NCBI GenBank assembly: GCA_002269645.1
Contig: NIVC01001613.1
Coordinates: forward strand, 1 to 64,000
Length of the DNA stretch: 64,000 nucleotides
Source of the DNA: Macrostomum lignano
Taxonomy: Eukaryota
Direction: 5' to 3'
Shown: in pieces, positions 1 to 18,225 of the stretch
Numbering within the stretch: position 1 is the first letter of the stretch
Layout of the letters: every line of letters starts with the position of its first letter
Position numbers and translations under genes: made by a program
The notes under the pieces: model-generated
Seen by the model: only the letters and a program-made list of their open reading frames with translations
Told to the model about the DNA's origin: nothing
The model's database searches: none

Positions 1-310
1 TTGGTCACAGTCGTATGATCGTGCATTGTGACCATGGATAGCATTGTCACAGCCGTGTGATCGTATATTGTGACCATGGATAGCATTAGTCACAACCGTG
101 TGATCGTGCATTGTGACCATGGATTGCATTGGTCACAACCGTGTGATCGTGCATTGTGACCATGGATAGCATTGGTCACAGCCGTGTGATCGTGCATTGT
201 GACCATGGATTGCATTGGTCACAACCGTGTGATAGTGCATTGTGACCATGGATAGCATTGGTCACAACCGTTTGATCGTGCATTGTGACCATGGATATAG
301 CATTGGCCAC
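1..310. repeat. Tandem minisatellite, ~43-bp unit (TTGGTCACAACCGTGTGATCGTGCATTGTGACCATGGATAGCA), truncated by the window start
   Basis: About 7 near-identical copies; each unit contains the inverted pair TGGTCACA/TGTGACCA. Confidence 0.9.
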
Positions 311-924
311 AACAGTGTGATTGTAAATTGTTACAATGCTTTTTATAGGTAGTTTTACATATAATAATTTAACGGTCTGTTACAATAACATTCAGCTTTG
401 CCAACAATGCATGCAAATAGGTATTCCATAATGCTTACCTACAAGTTATTGCCTAGTCTGTTATTTTATTCAATGCATAATTAAGCAATTTTCCATTTTT
501 CACACATTATTTTGCATATCATTTCCAGAAAAGAAACATAATTAATATTTTGGCGCCATCACTTTGTGAAAAGAAACTATTGTCTAATATCGTTGGTTAT
601 CAGTCAGTTTCGTCAGTTGTTACTTGTAATAAATTTTATATTAAATGCTCTCGTTGTTTTTATTTGACCGAACTACTGGCTTTATACTAATTTTTAAACA
701 GTACTGCATTCAATACTACTAGATGTTAAATGTCAGTAGTAAAAGTATTTTTGCTAACTTCCATGTATTTCTGTTTTCATATTTGTTTTTCTCAAGAGTT
801 CGAAGACAAAGAGTTCAAAGTTTATTGATGTAGAACAATTTCCTGAAATATCCCAACTTAAGTCATGTCTACCAAAAAATTCCGACAGACGTTCCCAGAT
901 AAATCCCCTTAGAGATCACAGACA

Positions 925-1205
925 CGATCATGGACATTCGGCAGACATTCCCTGGAATCCCATATACATTCTGTAGGTATCCCGTAGACAACCAATAGAC
1001 ATTCTGTAGATATCCTGTAGACATCCAATAGACATTCTGTAGATATCCTGTAGTCATCCAATAGACATTCTGTAGGCATCCCGTAGACAACCTATAGACA
1101 TTCTGTAGATATCCTGTAGTCATCCAATGGACATTCTGTAGATATCCCATAAACATTTCTTGGACGTGCCCTAGATACCAATCTAGCTTATGTACATCCT
1201 ATAGA
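925..1205. repeat. Tandem minisatellite, ~33-bp unit (ACATTCTGTAGATATCCTGTAGTCATCCAATAG)
   Basis: ACATTCTGTAG recurs at 33-bp spacing; explains ORF 869..1156. Confidence 0.8.
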
Positions 1206-2385
1206 AAACCCACAGACACTAGTGCAGTCAACCTTCCTTATACATCACACCGGTTTATCAATACAGACCCAGTTAAAAATGACAGATTTTAAGACAAAAT
1301 ATTACCTGTCTGCGTTTGTTTTTTATAAATATGGTTGCTCATCCATTACTGTACATGAATATGCTTTTTAAAAAATGCGCACTGTACACAATGCACTAAT
1401 ATTATTGTGAACTGCTTTTTTGAAAATATGGTCGTACACATCATTTATCACTTCCTACTTTTTCCACATTTTGCCATCTTAATGTCTAATTTAGTAATAT
1501 AATTTGTTTAGCTATTTATAGTTTGAAAATTAGATAATTCACTGCATCTACTATTGCAAAAATACTTGTACTCAATACTGAGGGTGATCCTGTTTAAAAT
1601 ATAGGATATTTTTGCATAATACAATCAGGTGTTGTATTCTTCTTAGTCAAAGTTTTTTGAGCGAGATATTTTTTTCGATTAGTTTGAGATTATCATTAAA
1701 ATCATATCGTGTGCTAAGTCAGATTAGTTTTAATATTATTTATTATTTTCTCGCCCCTTCGAGTACAAGGGTACTGCATGATTTAATTTATTATTTTTAG
1801 TATATAAACCTTGGCTCTTGCAATTTTTTAATGTTGTACGGTACTGTCCAATGGTTACTAAATATAGTGTGTAGTTCAATTTTTGGCCAGTTATAGCATC
1901 ATGATCACTATATAATTGTTTTAATCTAACGACGACTTTATTGCTTCTTGGCTTAGTCGTTTCTGTGTGTTTCTTTAATATTTTTTACTAATGTGAACGC
2001 TTACTTTTGTTATTATTATTAGTCGGCGCTTTTTGCAGTGTTGTTTACACACCTGAACAGTTGCTATAAGCGCTATCTACATGTAAAAATACACTTTTGG
2101 GACCCTATTTTCCTGTTGATGCAATCAATGTATCAAAATTTGATAGCTTGGCGTTTCCACGCAAAGGAAGCCATTTAATTTGCCGTTAAGTTTTTGGTAC
2201 TATTTATTTGTCAACCATTATACGAGCTATTATTGATATGCCTATAAATTTTATGCGTGTTAAGCTAGGTGTATTGTGAAGCAACATCAAATGCAATGTA
2301 TGTACTAATAAGTTGCATGTAAGTATACAAGTAAAAGTATGCCTAGTTTTAATCTAAATCTACTTGAAGAACGCTAGTCGAAGTC

Positions 2386-2553
2386 CAGGCGCGGATCCAG
2401 AAAATTTTTTGAGGGCCTATAAGCTATAAGTATACCAAGCACTACATGTACAATCCAGTATAGGAAAATAGAGACCTGGCGTAGTTGCAACCGAAAAATG
2501 TATGGCCCAATTTTTTGTCCGCGGCAGAGAGGGGTTCCCTAGATCCGCCTATG
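2386..2553. mobile_element. Small hAT-type MITE (168 bp)
   Basis: Imperfect TIRs CAGGCGCGGATCCAG / CTAGATCCGCCTATG; 8-bp flanking direct repeat TCGAAGTC (2378-2385) / CCGAAGTC (2554-2561). An 8-bp TSD is typical of hAT elements. Confidence 0.7.
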
Positions 2554-3831
2554 CCGAAGTCTACTTTAGTTGTTCATGGTACGTGTCGAAATGTTGCGTC
2601 ACTGTTGCGCCACTTTAGGGTGCGGATCAGTATTAGAATATAGGAGTATTAATAAAATACGACGCCCTACCTGCGGCTTGATGTGGTTATCATCTCAAAG
2701 CGCCAGCAGACGCCCTTTTCGCACGTGATTTGCATAATTTTACTATCATAACTTCTAGAGTTTTGATTGTCCTTGAGATCCCATGTAGACATTAGTTATC
2801 GTTAATTTTTGCGGAGAAATAACAATTAGAATAACAAAACTTCGTTATATGACTACAACAATAAACTATACATTCGTTCAGCCCCAAAAATTTTTGTGCA
2901 GATAATTTTTGTATGTTCGAGATCGTGTAGATCTAATATTTGTGTCCTTAGCAGTAACTTAAATTAATTGATTTGATTGATATCGCTAATTAATCGCGTT
3001 GCCGAAGAACTTCGATCACAAGACCTTTGCCGTTCACACACATGTGCATGTACACGAGTTCACATTACCAAGTAGGTGATAAGTTAGCAGTCAGTCTAAT
3101 AATTGCTGTCAGAAACTAGTGTTTAGATAAAAAAAATAGTATGAACGATTGCTATTTGTCTTGTTTTGAGTTATCATGCATCTGTTCAGTGTCGATCCCA
3201 ATATAATATAATTAATTATTAAAAAAGGTTTGAATTCTAGAATCTAGTCGCTTTATAATTTGTCATAATCACAATATAATAAATCTCTAAGGTTTGTCCG
3301 GTATTTCATATTGACTATTGTCTGTCAGATGCCTATTTCGTAATATTTCTTTATTCAAAGTTTTTAGTTTTTTAGCTCTTGAGATTTTTTATTAGATATT
3401 GAATTTGGAATCTAAAAGTACGTTAAGTATATTATCGGCTTAACGTAGCAATAACTTAGAATTTCATAATTTCAACGATGAGATTCAAGCATTGACATTT
3501 CCATTATTATTTATTTGGATTATTCCTATGTCATGTATTTAGTATAGCCAGCTAGCCTACTGGTCATTTGAATAAGTGTTAATTTAATGTTTGGGATTTT
3601 ACTTATTAGATTTTACTCTATGTAAAAAATAAAGTATTGTGTATTACCAAGTGTATATAAATTATAATATTTATTTCTTTTTATTTATGCATACATATTT
3701 AGCTTAGGCCTAGCTACTTGGCTTTCTTATTATTGCTTTCTTATTATAGCTTTACTTAATAAGCATTATAATACCATTTTCTTTGGATTTTCTGCTCAAA
3801 GAAATAACAACTAAATGTTTGATCAGCAAAT

Positions 3832-8506
<4,675 letters not shown>

Positions 8507-8679
8507 CCTGCACTCCTACTTAGTACAATAGTTAGTGAGTAGATAGCACACGAAAACAGCAGATCTTCTGCTAAAATGCCAAGCCTACATACGACCTGTG
8601 TTTTTTGGCAGCTTGAAACCAACTTTTTATATTTTAGCGACAAAGTTGAGAGAAACTTTTTGCAGCAAGACATGATCAC

Positions 8680-8830
8680 TGGACATTTTAATGAGATAGT
8701 TGAGTGGAAATTTTATAGCGACTTAGTTAGGTGGACATTTTAGCGATATAGCTAAGTGGACATTTTATAGCGACATAGCTAAGTGGACATTTTATAGCGA
8801 CATAGTTAAGTGGACATTTTAGCAGACATT
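8680..8830. repeat. Short ~27-29-bp tandem repeat (GTGGACATTTTATAGCGACATAGCTAA) downstream of CSK
   Basis: About 5 copies. Confidence 0.75.
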
Positions 8831-10089
8831 TATTTGAGCTGCCAATATAGAACACAGCAACAATCATGATTTCCTGTAACAATGAGTTTTTTCTTACTTT
8901 TGGTGTTGTTTGTCCTTGTTATAATGACCGGCTTCGCCCCCTGCCTCTAATAACGATTGACAAAGTATTAAAATTTGATTTTTTTAAAACTCGCTTCTTC
9001 CATTTCTGCGTATTCAAGTGTTCGAAAAGCCAAGCTTATTTGTTTAATAAACTGCTGAATAATAATAATTGATTTGCAGCATTGTTGCTTTTTCTATTCA
9101 AGACTTTCGTAATTATGCACTGCATGCTGGTTCGTGTTGTTTAGGAGTTATTCCTCCCAGCAAAGAAGTAAATCAGCTCACCGTAAGCTTTTATCTCCCA
9201 CCTGTAGAAGTATACCATCTTAATTAGTCTACAACCTGTGGAATTGCATCATCGCCCCAGTGAGAATTTAAAATTTTGAATCGCTCATTCACCAGCCCAA
9301 AGTCAGAGTTTGTACATTTTGCATTTTACAGGTATTTCGCACTCAATATCGGCCATTTGAGTTCGCTAAATTACAACGAATTAGTTTATTTTGCGACAGT
9401 ATTTTGAGTATTAAATCACTTTTTCCCCCGTTAAAACTACTGTCAGCGTAAGTAGTAGCCTGTGACATTTTTTATCATCGAAATCTGTTGGCGCTTTTTA
9501 AAATTAAATTTAGACTTTATTTATGGACAGTAATAATTATGACTATAATAATAATTAATAGATCCATGATCCGTGATAGTGCCAGATAAACTAAAAATTT
9601 TGTTGCCTGTCATGTTATTTAACTGACACATTCGATCATTCGTTACCTACTCGTTTTGTTGTTTTATTTTACAATAACCTTTGTCAGCTGTACACGTCTA
9701 CGATAAAAAATGTTTAAAAAACTGATTTTTTAATCTCCTGGCTTTTTCTATCCATTTTTCTCAATTCTGTGCAATATATGATATAATGTATTATCGATTT
9801 TTGCATGCGGTTAGTTTTTTTGTTGAGTCGATTGAAAATCTTCTGCTTTCCTTTACGCCTTATATATGGTCACTATATATGTGATTTTTACGAATAAGCT
9901 GGTATATATTATTTAAATATATTGTGTTTAACATCATATCTGCGTCAGTGCTTAGTTTTTTTAAAATCGCGCCCTGTGACGCTGTGTGCCAGTGTGCCCT
10001 ACTTATATATTTGAATTCGGCATTTTTCGTTTTGGCTGTATTTTTGTGCAAGCTCAATGCGTCGCTTGAGATAGCATATTAAAACTCAA

Positions 10090-11165
10090 ACTAGGCGCCC
10101 ACCTGTCAGTTGATCAAGAGTGTCAGGTGTCAAACTAGACGCCCACCTGTCAGTTGATCAATAGTGTCAGGTGTCAAACTAGGCGCCCTGCACCTGTCAG
10201 TTGATCAAGAGTGTCAGGTGTCAAACTAGGCGCCCTGCACCTGTCAGTTGATCAATTGTGTCAGGTGTCAAACTATGCGCCCTGCACCTGTCAGTTGATC
10301 AAGAGTGTCAGGTGTCAAACTAGACACCCACCTGTCAGTTGATCAATTGTGTCAGGTGTCAAACTAGACACCCACCTGTCAGTTGATCAAGAGTGTCAGG
10401 TGTCAAACTAGACACCCACCTGTCAGTTGATCAATTGTGTCAGGTGTCAAACTAGACGCCCACCTGTCAGTTGATCAAGAGTGTCAGGTGTCAAACTAGG
10501 CGCCCTGCACCTGTCAGTTGATCAAGAGTGTCAGGTGTCAAACTAGGCGCCCTGCACCTGTCAGTTGATCAAGAGTCTCCAGGTGTCAAACTAGGCGCCC
10601 TGCACCTGTCAGTTGATCAAGAGTGTCAGGTGTCAAACTAGGCGCCCTGCACCTGTCAGTTGATCAAGAGTGTCAGGTGTCAAACTAGACACCCACCCGT
10701 CAGTTGATCAAGAGTGTCAGGTGTCAAACTAGGCGCCCTGCACCTGTCAGTTGATCAAGAGTGTCAGGTGTCAAACTAGGCGCCCACCTGTCAGTTGATC
10801 AAGAGTGTCAGGTGTCAAACTAGACACCCACCTGTCAGTTGATCAATTGTGTCAGGTGTCAAACTAGACGCCCACCTGTCAGTTGATCAAGAGTGTCAGG
10901 TGTCAAACTAGGCGCCCTGCACCTGTCAGTTGATCAAGAGTGTCAGGTGTCAAACTAGGCGCCCTGCACCTGTCAGTTGATCAAGAGTCTCCAGGTGTCA
11001 AACTAGGCGCCCTGCACCTGTCAGTTGATCAAGAGTGTCAGGTGTCAAACTAGGCGCCCTGCACCTGTCAGTTGATCAATTGTGTCAGGTGTCAAACTAT
11101 GCGCCCTGCACCTGTCAGTTGATCAAGAGTCTCCAGGTGTCAAACTAGGCGCCCACTTGTCAGTC
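10090..11165. repeat. Intergenic minisatellite, 44/47-bp unit AAACTAGGCGCC(CTG)CACCTGTCAGTTGATCAAGAGTGTCAGGTGTC
   Basis: About 23 copies between the convergent 3' ends of CSK and the ankyrin gene. Confidence 0.95.
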
Positions 11166-11189
11166 GCTCGTGATACATGTCTACTGCAG

Positions 11190-11702
11190 TTTACATGTGG
11201 GTACGCAAACTACCACTGGTATATGTGGTGTACGTAGCCATGCAGTCGGGGCAAAGGGTCCTGTGGCTTCCATGAGAGCAGGTTTGGTGTCTCTGTTGCC
11301 AACAATTCCACCTTGGCGCTATCGCCCCTTTTTATCCGAGGCAGGGTCTGTGTGGTGCACCCTGCTGGCGCACTTTGAACGGACATTGTCACACAACCGG
11401 CGAGAGGCATTGCTGCCCATTCCGCCGACTTCCCTGAGAGGCACAAAAGCGCGCGGATACGTATGCAGTCATATGCACAGGCACACACTCACACGGGAGT
11501 GTACAGCGGCCCTAACTTTATTTATCGTTATTCATGTACACTTCACTGTGCCTTTGGGGTTGGCCTTTAAAGGCGTTAATTGCACGAGCAGAGCCAAGCC
11601 GAGATTCCAATTTAGTCCCAAATTAATGTGACTGCACTTGGAATCGAGCCTGGGCCGCTGACATATCAGAGCGCCGCGCCAGACCACTAGGCTACTGACC
11701 CC
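11190..11702 (-). mobile_element. tRNA-derived SINE family 1, fuller copy (3' end approximate)
   Basis: Minus strand starts GGGGTCAGTAGCCTAGTGG (A box TAGCCTAGTGG) followed by GGCTCGATTCC (B-box-like); a second partial copy lies at ~7895-8080. Confidence 0.65.
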
Positions 11703-11774
11703 TGCTAGGTATACATGCAGCAGAACTAAGGGCATACAGATATGTTTGTCCGTGGGAATTCCAGTCAAAATCGA

Positions 11775-14700
11775 TCATGCTGTCGGCGGATTTCTTCTCG
11801 CCGCCTTCGTCAGCAGCTGCAAAGCTTCGGCCGGCAGACAGGCGTCTCTGGCCAGCTGGAGCAGCGTCGGCGACAGCGTCTGGCAGCTCTGCTGTTGCAA
11901 GCGTCCGCGTCCGGATCGAGACGGATTTGAATTGGCGCCAAATGTCGTTAGAAGCAGCAGGTCGGGCTTGGCCGCAGTCAGGACTGCCAGAGTGTCAACT
12001 GAGCCACTTCTGGCGCAGCGGATTGCAGCTAATTGCAGTCGTCTAGTGGTCGCTTCGACTGTCACGGAGTTGTTGCCGCCACTAAGCGACAGATCGTTGC
12101 TAAGCAACGCGTCGTCGCTTAGCAACAACCATTCGGCTATTTGAGCTCGATTATACAAGCAGCAAATATCTAGAAATGTCCAACGGCGACTGTGCAGCCA
12201 AGCTGCCGTGGACGCTGACGTTTCGCTGCCCGATTTGCAATGGTCGAGTAGTAGCCTGGCAACGCGTCGCGAGTCCCTAGCAACCGCGATAGACATTGCG
12301 CAATCATTGTCCTGCTGACGACTGACGGGTGCAATGTTGGTTGACTTTGATTTTGATGCACTAAAATTGTTAATAAGGCCTGTTGTGAAGTGTGGCCCAT
12401 CATCTATGACCAAGGACTGCTAGAAGTAAGGGACTAGATGCGCCTTAGCTTGTTTCTTAAAAAGCTTTTAAAAGCCGAATAAGCTATGCTTCTATATAGG
12501 GAGCCAAGGCTACTGGAATTAAGGGGGGAAAAGCTACTGTAAATGGGGGACCAGGCTACTGTAATTGAGGGGGTAAGGCTACTGTAATTGAGGGGGTAAG
12601 GCTACTGTAATTGAGGGGGTAAGGCTACTGTAATTGAGGGGGTAAGGCTACTGTAATTGAGGGGGTAAGGCTACTGTAATTGGGGGGGGCAAGGCTACTG
12701 TAATTGGGGGAGGCAAGGCTACTGGGATTAAGGAGAGCAAAGCTACTGTAAATGAGGGGCAAGGCTACTGTAATTGGGGGGAGGCAAGGCTACTGTAATT
12801 GGGGGGAGGCAAGGCTACTGTAATTGGGGGGAGGCAAGGCTACTGTAATTGGGGGGAGGCAAGGCTACTGTAATTGGGGGGAGGCAAGGCTACTGTAATT
12901 GGGGGAGGCAAGGCTACTGTAATTGGAGGAGGCAAGGCTACTGTAATTGGAGGAGGCAAGGCTACTGTAATTGGGGGGAGGCAAGGCTACTGTAATTGGG
13001 GGGAGGCAAGGCTACTGTAATTGGGGGGGCAAGGCTACTGTAATTGGGGGGGGGCAAGGCTACTGTAATTGGGGGGGGCAAGGCTACTGGGATTAAGGGG
13101 GGCAAAGCTACTGTAAATGAGGGGCAAGGCTACTGTAATTGGGGGGAGGCAAGGCTACTGTAATTGGGGGGAGGCAAGGCTACTGTAATTGGGGGAGGCA
13201 AGGCTACTGTAATTGGGGGGAGGCAAGGCTACTGTAATTGGGGGGGGGGCAAGGCTACTGGGATTAAGGGGGGCAAAGCTACTGTAAATGAGGGGCAAGG
13301 CTACTGTAATTGGGGGGAGGCAAGGCTACTGTAATTGGGGGGAGGCAAGGCTACTGTAATTGGGGGGAGGCAAGGCTACTGTAATTGGGGGGAGGCAAGG
13401 CTACTGTAATTGGGGGGAGGCAAGGCTACTGTAATTGGGGGAGGCAAGGCTACTGTAATTGGGGGGAGGCAAGGCTACTGTAATTGGGGGAGGCAAGGCT
13501 ACTGTAATTGGGGGGAGGCAAGGCTACTGTAATTGGGGGAGGCAAGGCTACTGTAATTGGGGGGAGGCAAGGCTACTGTAATTGGGGGAGGCAAGGCTAC
13601 TGTAATTGGGGGAGGCAAGGCTACTGTAATTGGGGGGGGGCAAGGCTACTGGGATTAAGGGGGGCAAAGCTACTGTAAATGAGGGGCAAGGCTACTGTAA
13701 TTGGGGGGAGGCAAGGCTACTGTAATTGGGGGAGGCAAGGCTACTGTAATTGGGGGGGGGGCAAGGCTACTGGGATTAAGGGGGGCAAAGCTACTGTAAA
13801 TGAGGGGCAAGGCTACTGTAATTGGGGGGAGGCAAGGCTACTGTAATTGGGGGGAGGCAAGGCTACTGTAATTGGGGGGAGGCAAGGCTACTGTAATTGG
13901 GGGAGGCAAGGCTACTGTAATTGGAGGAGGCAAGGCTACTGTAATTGGGGGAGGCAAGGCTACTGTAATTGGAGGAGGCAAGGCTACTGTAATTGGAGGA
14001 GGCAAGGCTACTGTAATTGGGGGGAGGCAAGGCTACTGTAATTGGGGGAGGCAAGGCTACTGTAATTGGGGGGAGGCAAGGCTACTGTAATTGGGGGGGC
14101 AAGGCTACTGTAATTGGGGGGAGGCAAGGCTACTGTAATTGGGGGGAGGCAAGGCTACTGTAATTGGGGGAGGCAAGGCTACTGTAATTGGAGGAGGCAA
14201 GGCTACTGTAATTGGAGGAGGCAAGGCTACTGTAATTGGGGGGAAGCAAGGCTACTGTAATTGGGGGAGGCAAGGCTACTGTAATTGGGGGGGGGCAAGG
14301 CTACTGTAATTGGGGGGGGGGCAAGGCTACTGTAATTGGGGGGGGCAAGGCTACTGGGATTAAGGGGGGCAAAGCTACTGTAAATGAGGGGCAAGGCTAC
14401 TGTAATTGGGGGGAGGCAAGGCTACTGTAATTGGGGGAGGCAAGGCTACTGTAATTGGGGGGAGGCAAGGCTACTGTAATTGGGGGAGGCAAGGCTACTG
14501 TAATTGGGGGGAGGCAAGGCTACTGTAATTGGGGGAGGCAAGGCTACTGTAATTGGAGGAGGCAAGGCTACTGTAATTGGAGGAGGCAAGGCTACTGTAA
14601 TTGGGGGAGGCAAGGCTACTGTAATTGGGGGGAGGCAAGGCTACTGTAATTGGGGGGGGCAAGGCTACTGTAATTGGGGGGGGCAAGGCTACTGTAATTG

Positions 14701-17699
14701 GGGGGCAAGGCTACTGGGATTAAGGGGGGCAAAGCTACTGTAAATGAGGGGCAAGGCTACTGTAATTGGGGGGAGGCAAGGCTACTGTAATTGGGGGGGG
14801 AGGCAAGGCTACTGTAATTGGGGGGCAAGGCTACTGGGATTAAGGGGGCAAAGCTACTGTAAATGAGGGGCAAGGCTACTGTAATTGGGGGAGGCAAGGC
14901 TACTGTAATTGGGGGGGGAGGCAAGGCTACTGTAATTGGGGGGAGGCAAGGCTACTGTAATTGGGGGGAGGCAAGGCTACTGTAATTGGGGGGAGGCAAG
15001 GCTACTGTAATTGGGGGGGGCAAGGCTACTGGGATTAAGGGGGGCAAAGCTACTGTAAATGAGGGGCAAGGCTACTGTAATTGGGGGAGGCAAGGCTACT
15101 GTAATTGGAGGAGGCAAGGCTACTGTAATTGGGGGGAGGCAAGGCTACTGTAATTGGGGGGAGGCAAGGCTACTGTAATTGGGGGGAGGCAAGGCTACTG
15201 TAATTGGGGGGGGGGCAGGGCTACTGGGATTAAGGGGGGCAAAGCTACTGTAAATGAGGGGCAAGGCTACTGTAATTGGGGGGAGGCAAGGCTACTGTAA
15301 TTGGAGGAGGCAAGGCTACTGTAATTGGGGGGAGGCAAGGCTACTGTAATTGGGGGGAGGCAAGGCTACTGTAATTGGAGGAGGCAAGGCTACTGTAATT
15401 GGAGGAGGCAAGGCTACTGTAATTGGGGGGAGGCAAGGCTACTGTAATTGGGGGGAGGCAAGGCTACTGTAATTGGGGGGAGGCAAGGCTACTGTAATTT
15501 AGCCTAGACTACTACAGCTCAGTACAATCAATCACACAGCCTCACCCTCTTTGGTCTTCACCGCCATCAGCATCTAAAAGTACATCGGGACGCGTTGTCG
15601 TCGTTGTTGCCATAGCAACGGTAGCACCGGCCCGCAGCAGGCAGGCGGCCATCTGGACTCGATCCCGCCTTGCGCACCACATCAGCGCTGTCTGACCATT
15701 CGAGTCGGTGGCGTCGAGACCGCCTCGGCCGTCGCCGCCGTTGCCAGGCGAGAAAAATGCGTCGCATAGCAACTGCCCAACCCGACGCGAATCGGAGAAC
15801 GCGCACACAATCAACGGTGTGTAGCGATTTTTACACCGGCTCGTCTGTCTGGCCGAGACACCGCGACTGTACAGTTCGAGTGCCACATTGTAGCTATCGG
15901 ATGCGCAGGCCCATAGCAACGGCGTGAACCCGTTGTCGTAGCTGGCCGTCTCGGTGCTCGCTCCGGCGTCTAGCAGTTCAATGGCCACGCCAAGATTGTC
16001 GTTGATAGCGGCCAGGCTCAAGGCGGTGTCGCCTGAGTTCCTGCGGCACTCCAGGTTGCAGCCCTGCATGCCGGCGGTGGCGGCGGCGGCACTCGGTCAT
16101 ACAGTCACTCGGTCATACAGTCACTCGGTCATACAGTCACTCGGTCATACAGTCACTCGGTCATACAGTCACTCGGTCATACAGTCACTCGGTCATACAG
16201 TCACTCGGTCATACAGTCACTCGGTCATACAGTCACTCGGTCATACAGTCACTCGGTCATACAGTCACTCGGTCATACAGTCACTCGGTCATACAGTCAC
16301 TCGGTCATACAGTCACTCGGTCATACAGTCACTCGGTCATACAATCACTCGGTCATACAGTCACTCGGTCATACAGTCACTCGGTCATACAGTCACTCGG
16401 TCATACAGTCACTCGGTCATACAGTCACTCGGTCATACAGTCACTCGGTCATACAGTCACTCGGTCATACAGTCACTCGGTCATACAGTCACTCGGTCAT
16501 ACAGTCACTCGGTCATACAGTCACTCGGTCATACAGTCACTCGGTCATACAGTCACTCGGTCATACAGTCACTCAGTCATACAATTTAATAAAACCTGAA
16601 ACCGTCATTTAAAACTCACCTTATCTATGAGCAGCCTAGCAACAGTAACCAAGTCATTTTCGGCCGCGCTCATCAGTGCCGTCTCGCCCGCATCGTTCTG
16701 AGCGTTCGCGTTCACTTTGTACCCTCCGCCGCCGCATCCGTCAAGCAGGACTCGCATCGCCTTCGCTGAATTGCTTTTAGCCGCCAATATCAATGCCGTA
16801 TTGCCGAATCGGTCTCGAGCTTCGACGTCGAGGACGGGAACTCGACGCCCGACGTTCAGTCGGAGCAGCACGCCGACACTGACTGGCGCATTGCTGGCGC
16901 AGGCGGCCATCAGGGCGGTGCGACCGAGACGGGACTCCCGGCTGTTCGGGTCGGCTGGCGGAGCGCCGGCGCTTCCGGAGAGAATCTGGCGCAGGATCTG
17001 CGGGATTTGAATTGGGGGAACTCGAAGTGAGCTGCGGTTTTTGGGTGTTGGGATTGCTAGTCTCCCAGATCCTTCGGGTTTTGGGGTCTCTGATTTCCTT
17101 GACACTCAGTTGCCGAGCCAGCCTCCCAGACCCTCAGTTTCTGAGCCAGCCTCCCAGCTCCATCTTAAACTGCTGGACCAGCCTCCCAGCTCCATCCTCA
17201 GTTTCTGAGCCAGCCTCTTCGATCCTCAGTTGCAGGGCCAGCCTCCCAGCTCCATCCTCAGTTTCTGAGCCAGCCTCTTCGATCCTCAGTTGCAGGGCCA
17301 GCCTCCCAGCTCCATCCTCAGTTTCTGGGCCAGCCTCCCAGCTCCATCCTTAGTTGCTGGCCCAGCCTCCCAGCTCCATCCTCAGTTTCTGGGCCAGCCT
17401 CCCAGACCCTCAGTTTCTGAGCCAGCCTCCCAGCTCCATCTTCAGTTGCTGGCCCAGCCTCCCAGCTCCATCTTCTTTTTCTGGGCATTTCAGATCCTCA
17501 GTTGCTAAGGTAACACAGGCTTTGAAACAAAAAACAAAGTTTTACTGTATAGCTACGTACATATCAGTGCTACAATAAGCATTTTTTTCACCTGGCTGTC
17601 GCCGGATGCCGCACCTTTGTACAGCTGATCCGCCAGCGTGTGCTCGCAGCAGGACGTCGCTGGTCTCCTTGGTGACATTTTCGTCCCACAAGGAATCAT
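11775..17699 (-). CDS. Ankyrin-repeat protein, ~520-530 aa. Exons (minus) 17699 (or 17678)-17592, 16997-16620, 16063-15546, 12360-11775; start uncertain
   Basis: Multiple ankyrin motifs (GRTALMAAC, GNTALILAA, GETALMSAA, GDTALSLAA, GFTPLLWAC, GQTALMWCA). GT-AG junctions join in phase (LYKGAASGDSQ|ILRQIL, RLLIDK|GCNLE). A further upstream exon near 18240-18380 is possible. Confidence 0.8.
12520..15500. repeat. 3-kb G-run minisatellite, ~25-bp unit GGCAAGGCTACTGTAATTGGGGGGA, in ankyrin-gene intron 3
   Basis: More than 100 copies with variable G-run length; accounts for the ORFs at 13847-14743. Confidence 0.97.
16091..16585. repeat. Near-perfect 16-bp tandem repeat ACTCGGTCATACAGTC in ankyrin-gene intron 2
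   Basis: About 31 copies filling most of the 556-bp intron. Confidence 0.97.
17110..17515. repeat. ~28-32-bp tandem repeat (GCCTCCCAGCTCCATCCTCAGTTTCTGAGCCA) in ankyrin-gene intron 1
   Basis: About 13 diverged copies. Confidence 0.85.
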
Positions 17700-18084
17700 A
17701 CCAGCTTCACTGTTTTAGCGACTGTCCACACTGTATGACCATCAATTTGAGCGCGCGCAGCTCTTGAGGCAACCATGTGACTTATATATCGGCAAGAGTA
17801 AGATGTCTCATGCAGTATGCATTTGGCTACTGCTGATACCTTATACCAAAGCCATGGTTAATCCCAATCCAAATGGATGTTATAGCTGCTGTTTGACCGC
17901 TGTTATCCTTTTTTGGCGGTCAATTGGACCTCTTCATTAACTATTTAACAATGAAGCTGGGGGTATTAAGAAGCTATATACGTACTGTAGTGATGCCTTG
18001 TATAGTTTGATATGTTTTATTTAATTTACGATTATCCATCTACATTTAGCTATATTTTAAATATCAAGTAATATGACGTGTCGG

Positions 18085-18225
18085 AGATATGAAATGTCAG
18101 AGTTATGAAATCTCGGAGATATGAAGTGTCGGAGATATGAAGTGTGGGAGATATGAAGTGTCGGAGATATGAAGTGTCGGAGATATGAAGTGTGGGAGAT
18201 ATGAAGTGTCGGAGGTTTCAAAATT
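18085..18225. repeat. 16-bp tandem repeat GATATGAAGTGTCGGA
   Basis: About 8 copies. Confidence 0.85.

Noticed and set aside
11775-11880. Possible SOCS box at the ankyrin protein C-terminus (SPTLLQLARDAC), suggesting an ASB protein
   Set aside because: It lacks the BC-box Cys and a cullin box, and fits a degenerate ankyrin repeat at least as well.
15954-16589. 211-aa plus-strand ORF, and the other antisense ORFs over the ankyrin exons
   Set aside because: Shadow frames of GC-rich coding sequence plus a 16-bp repeat.
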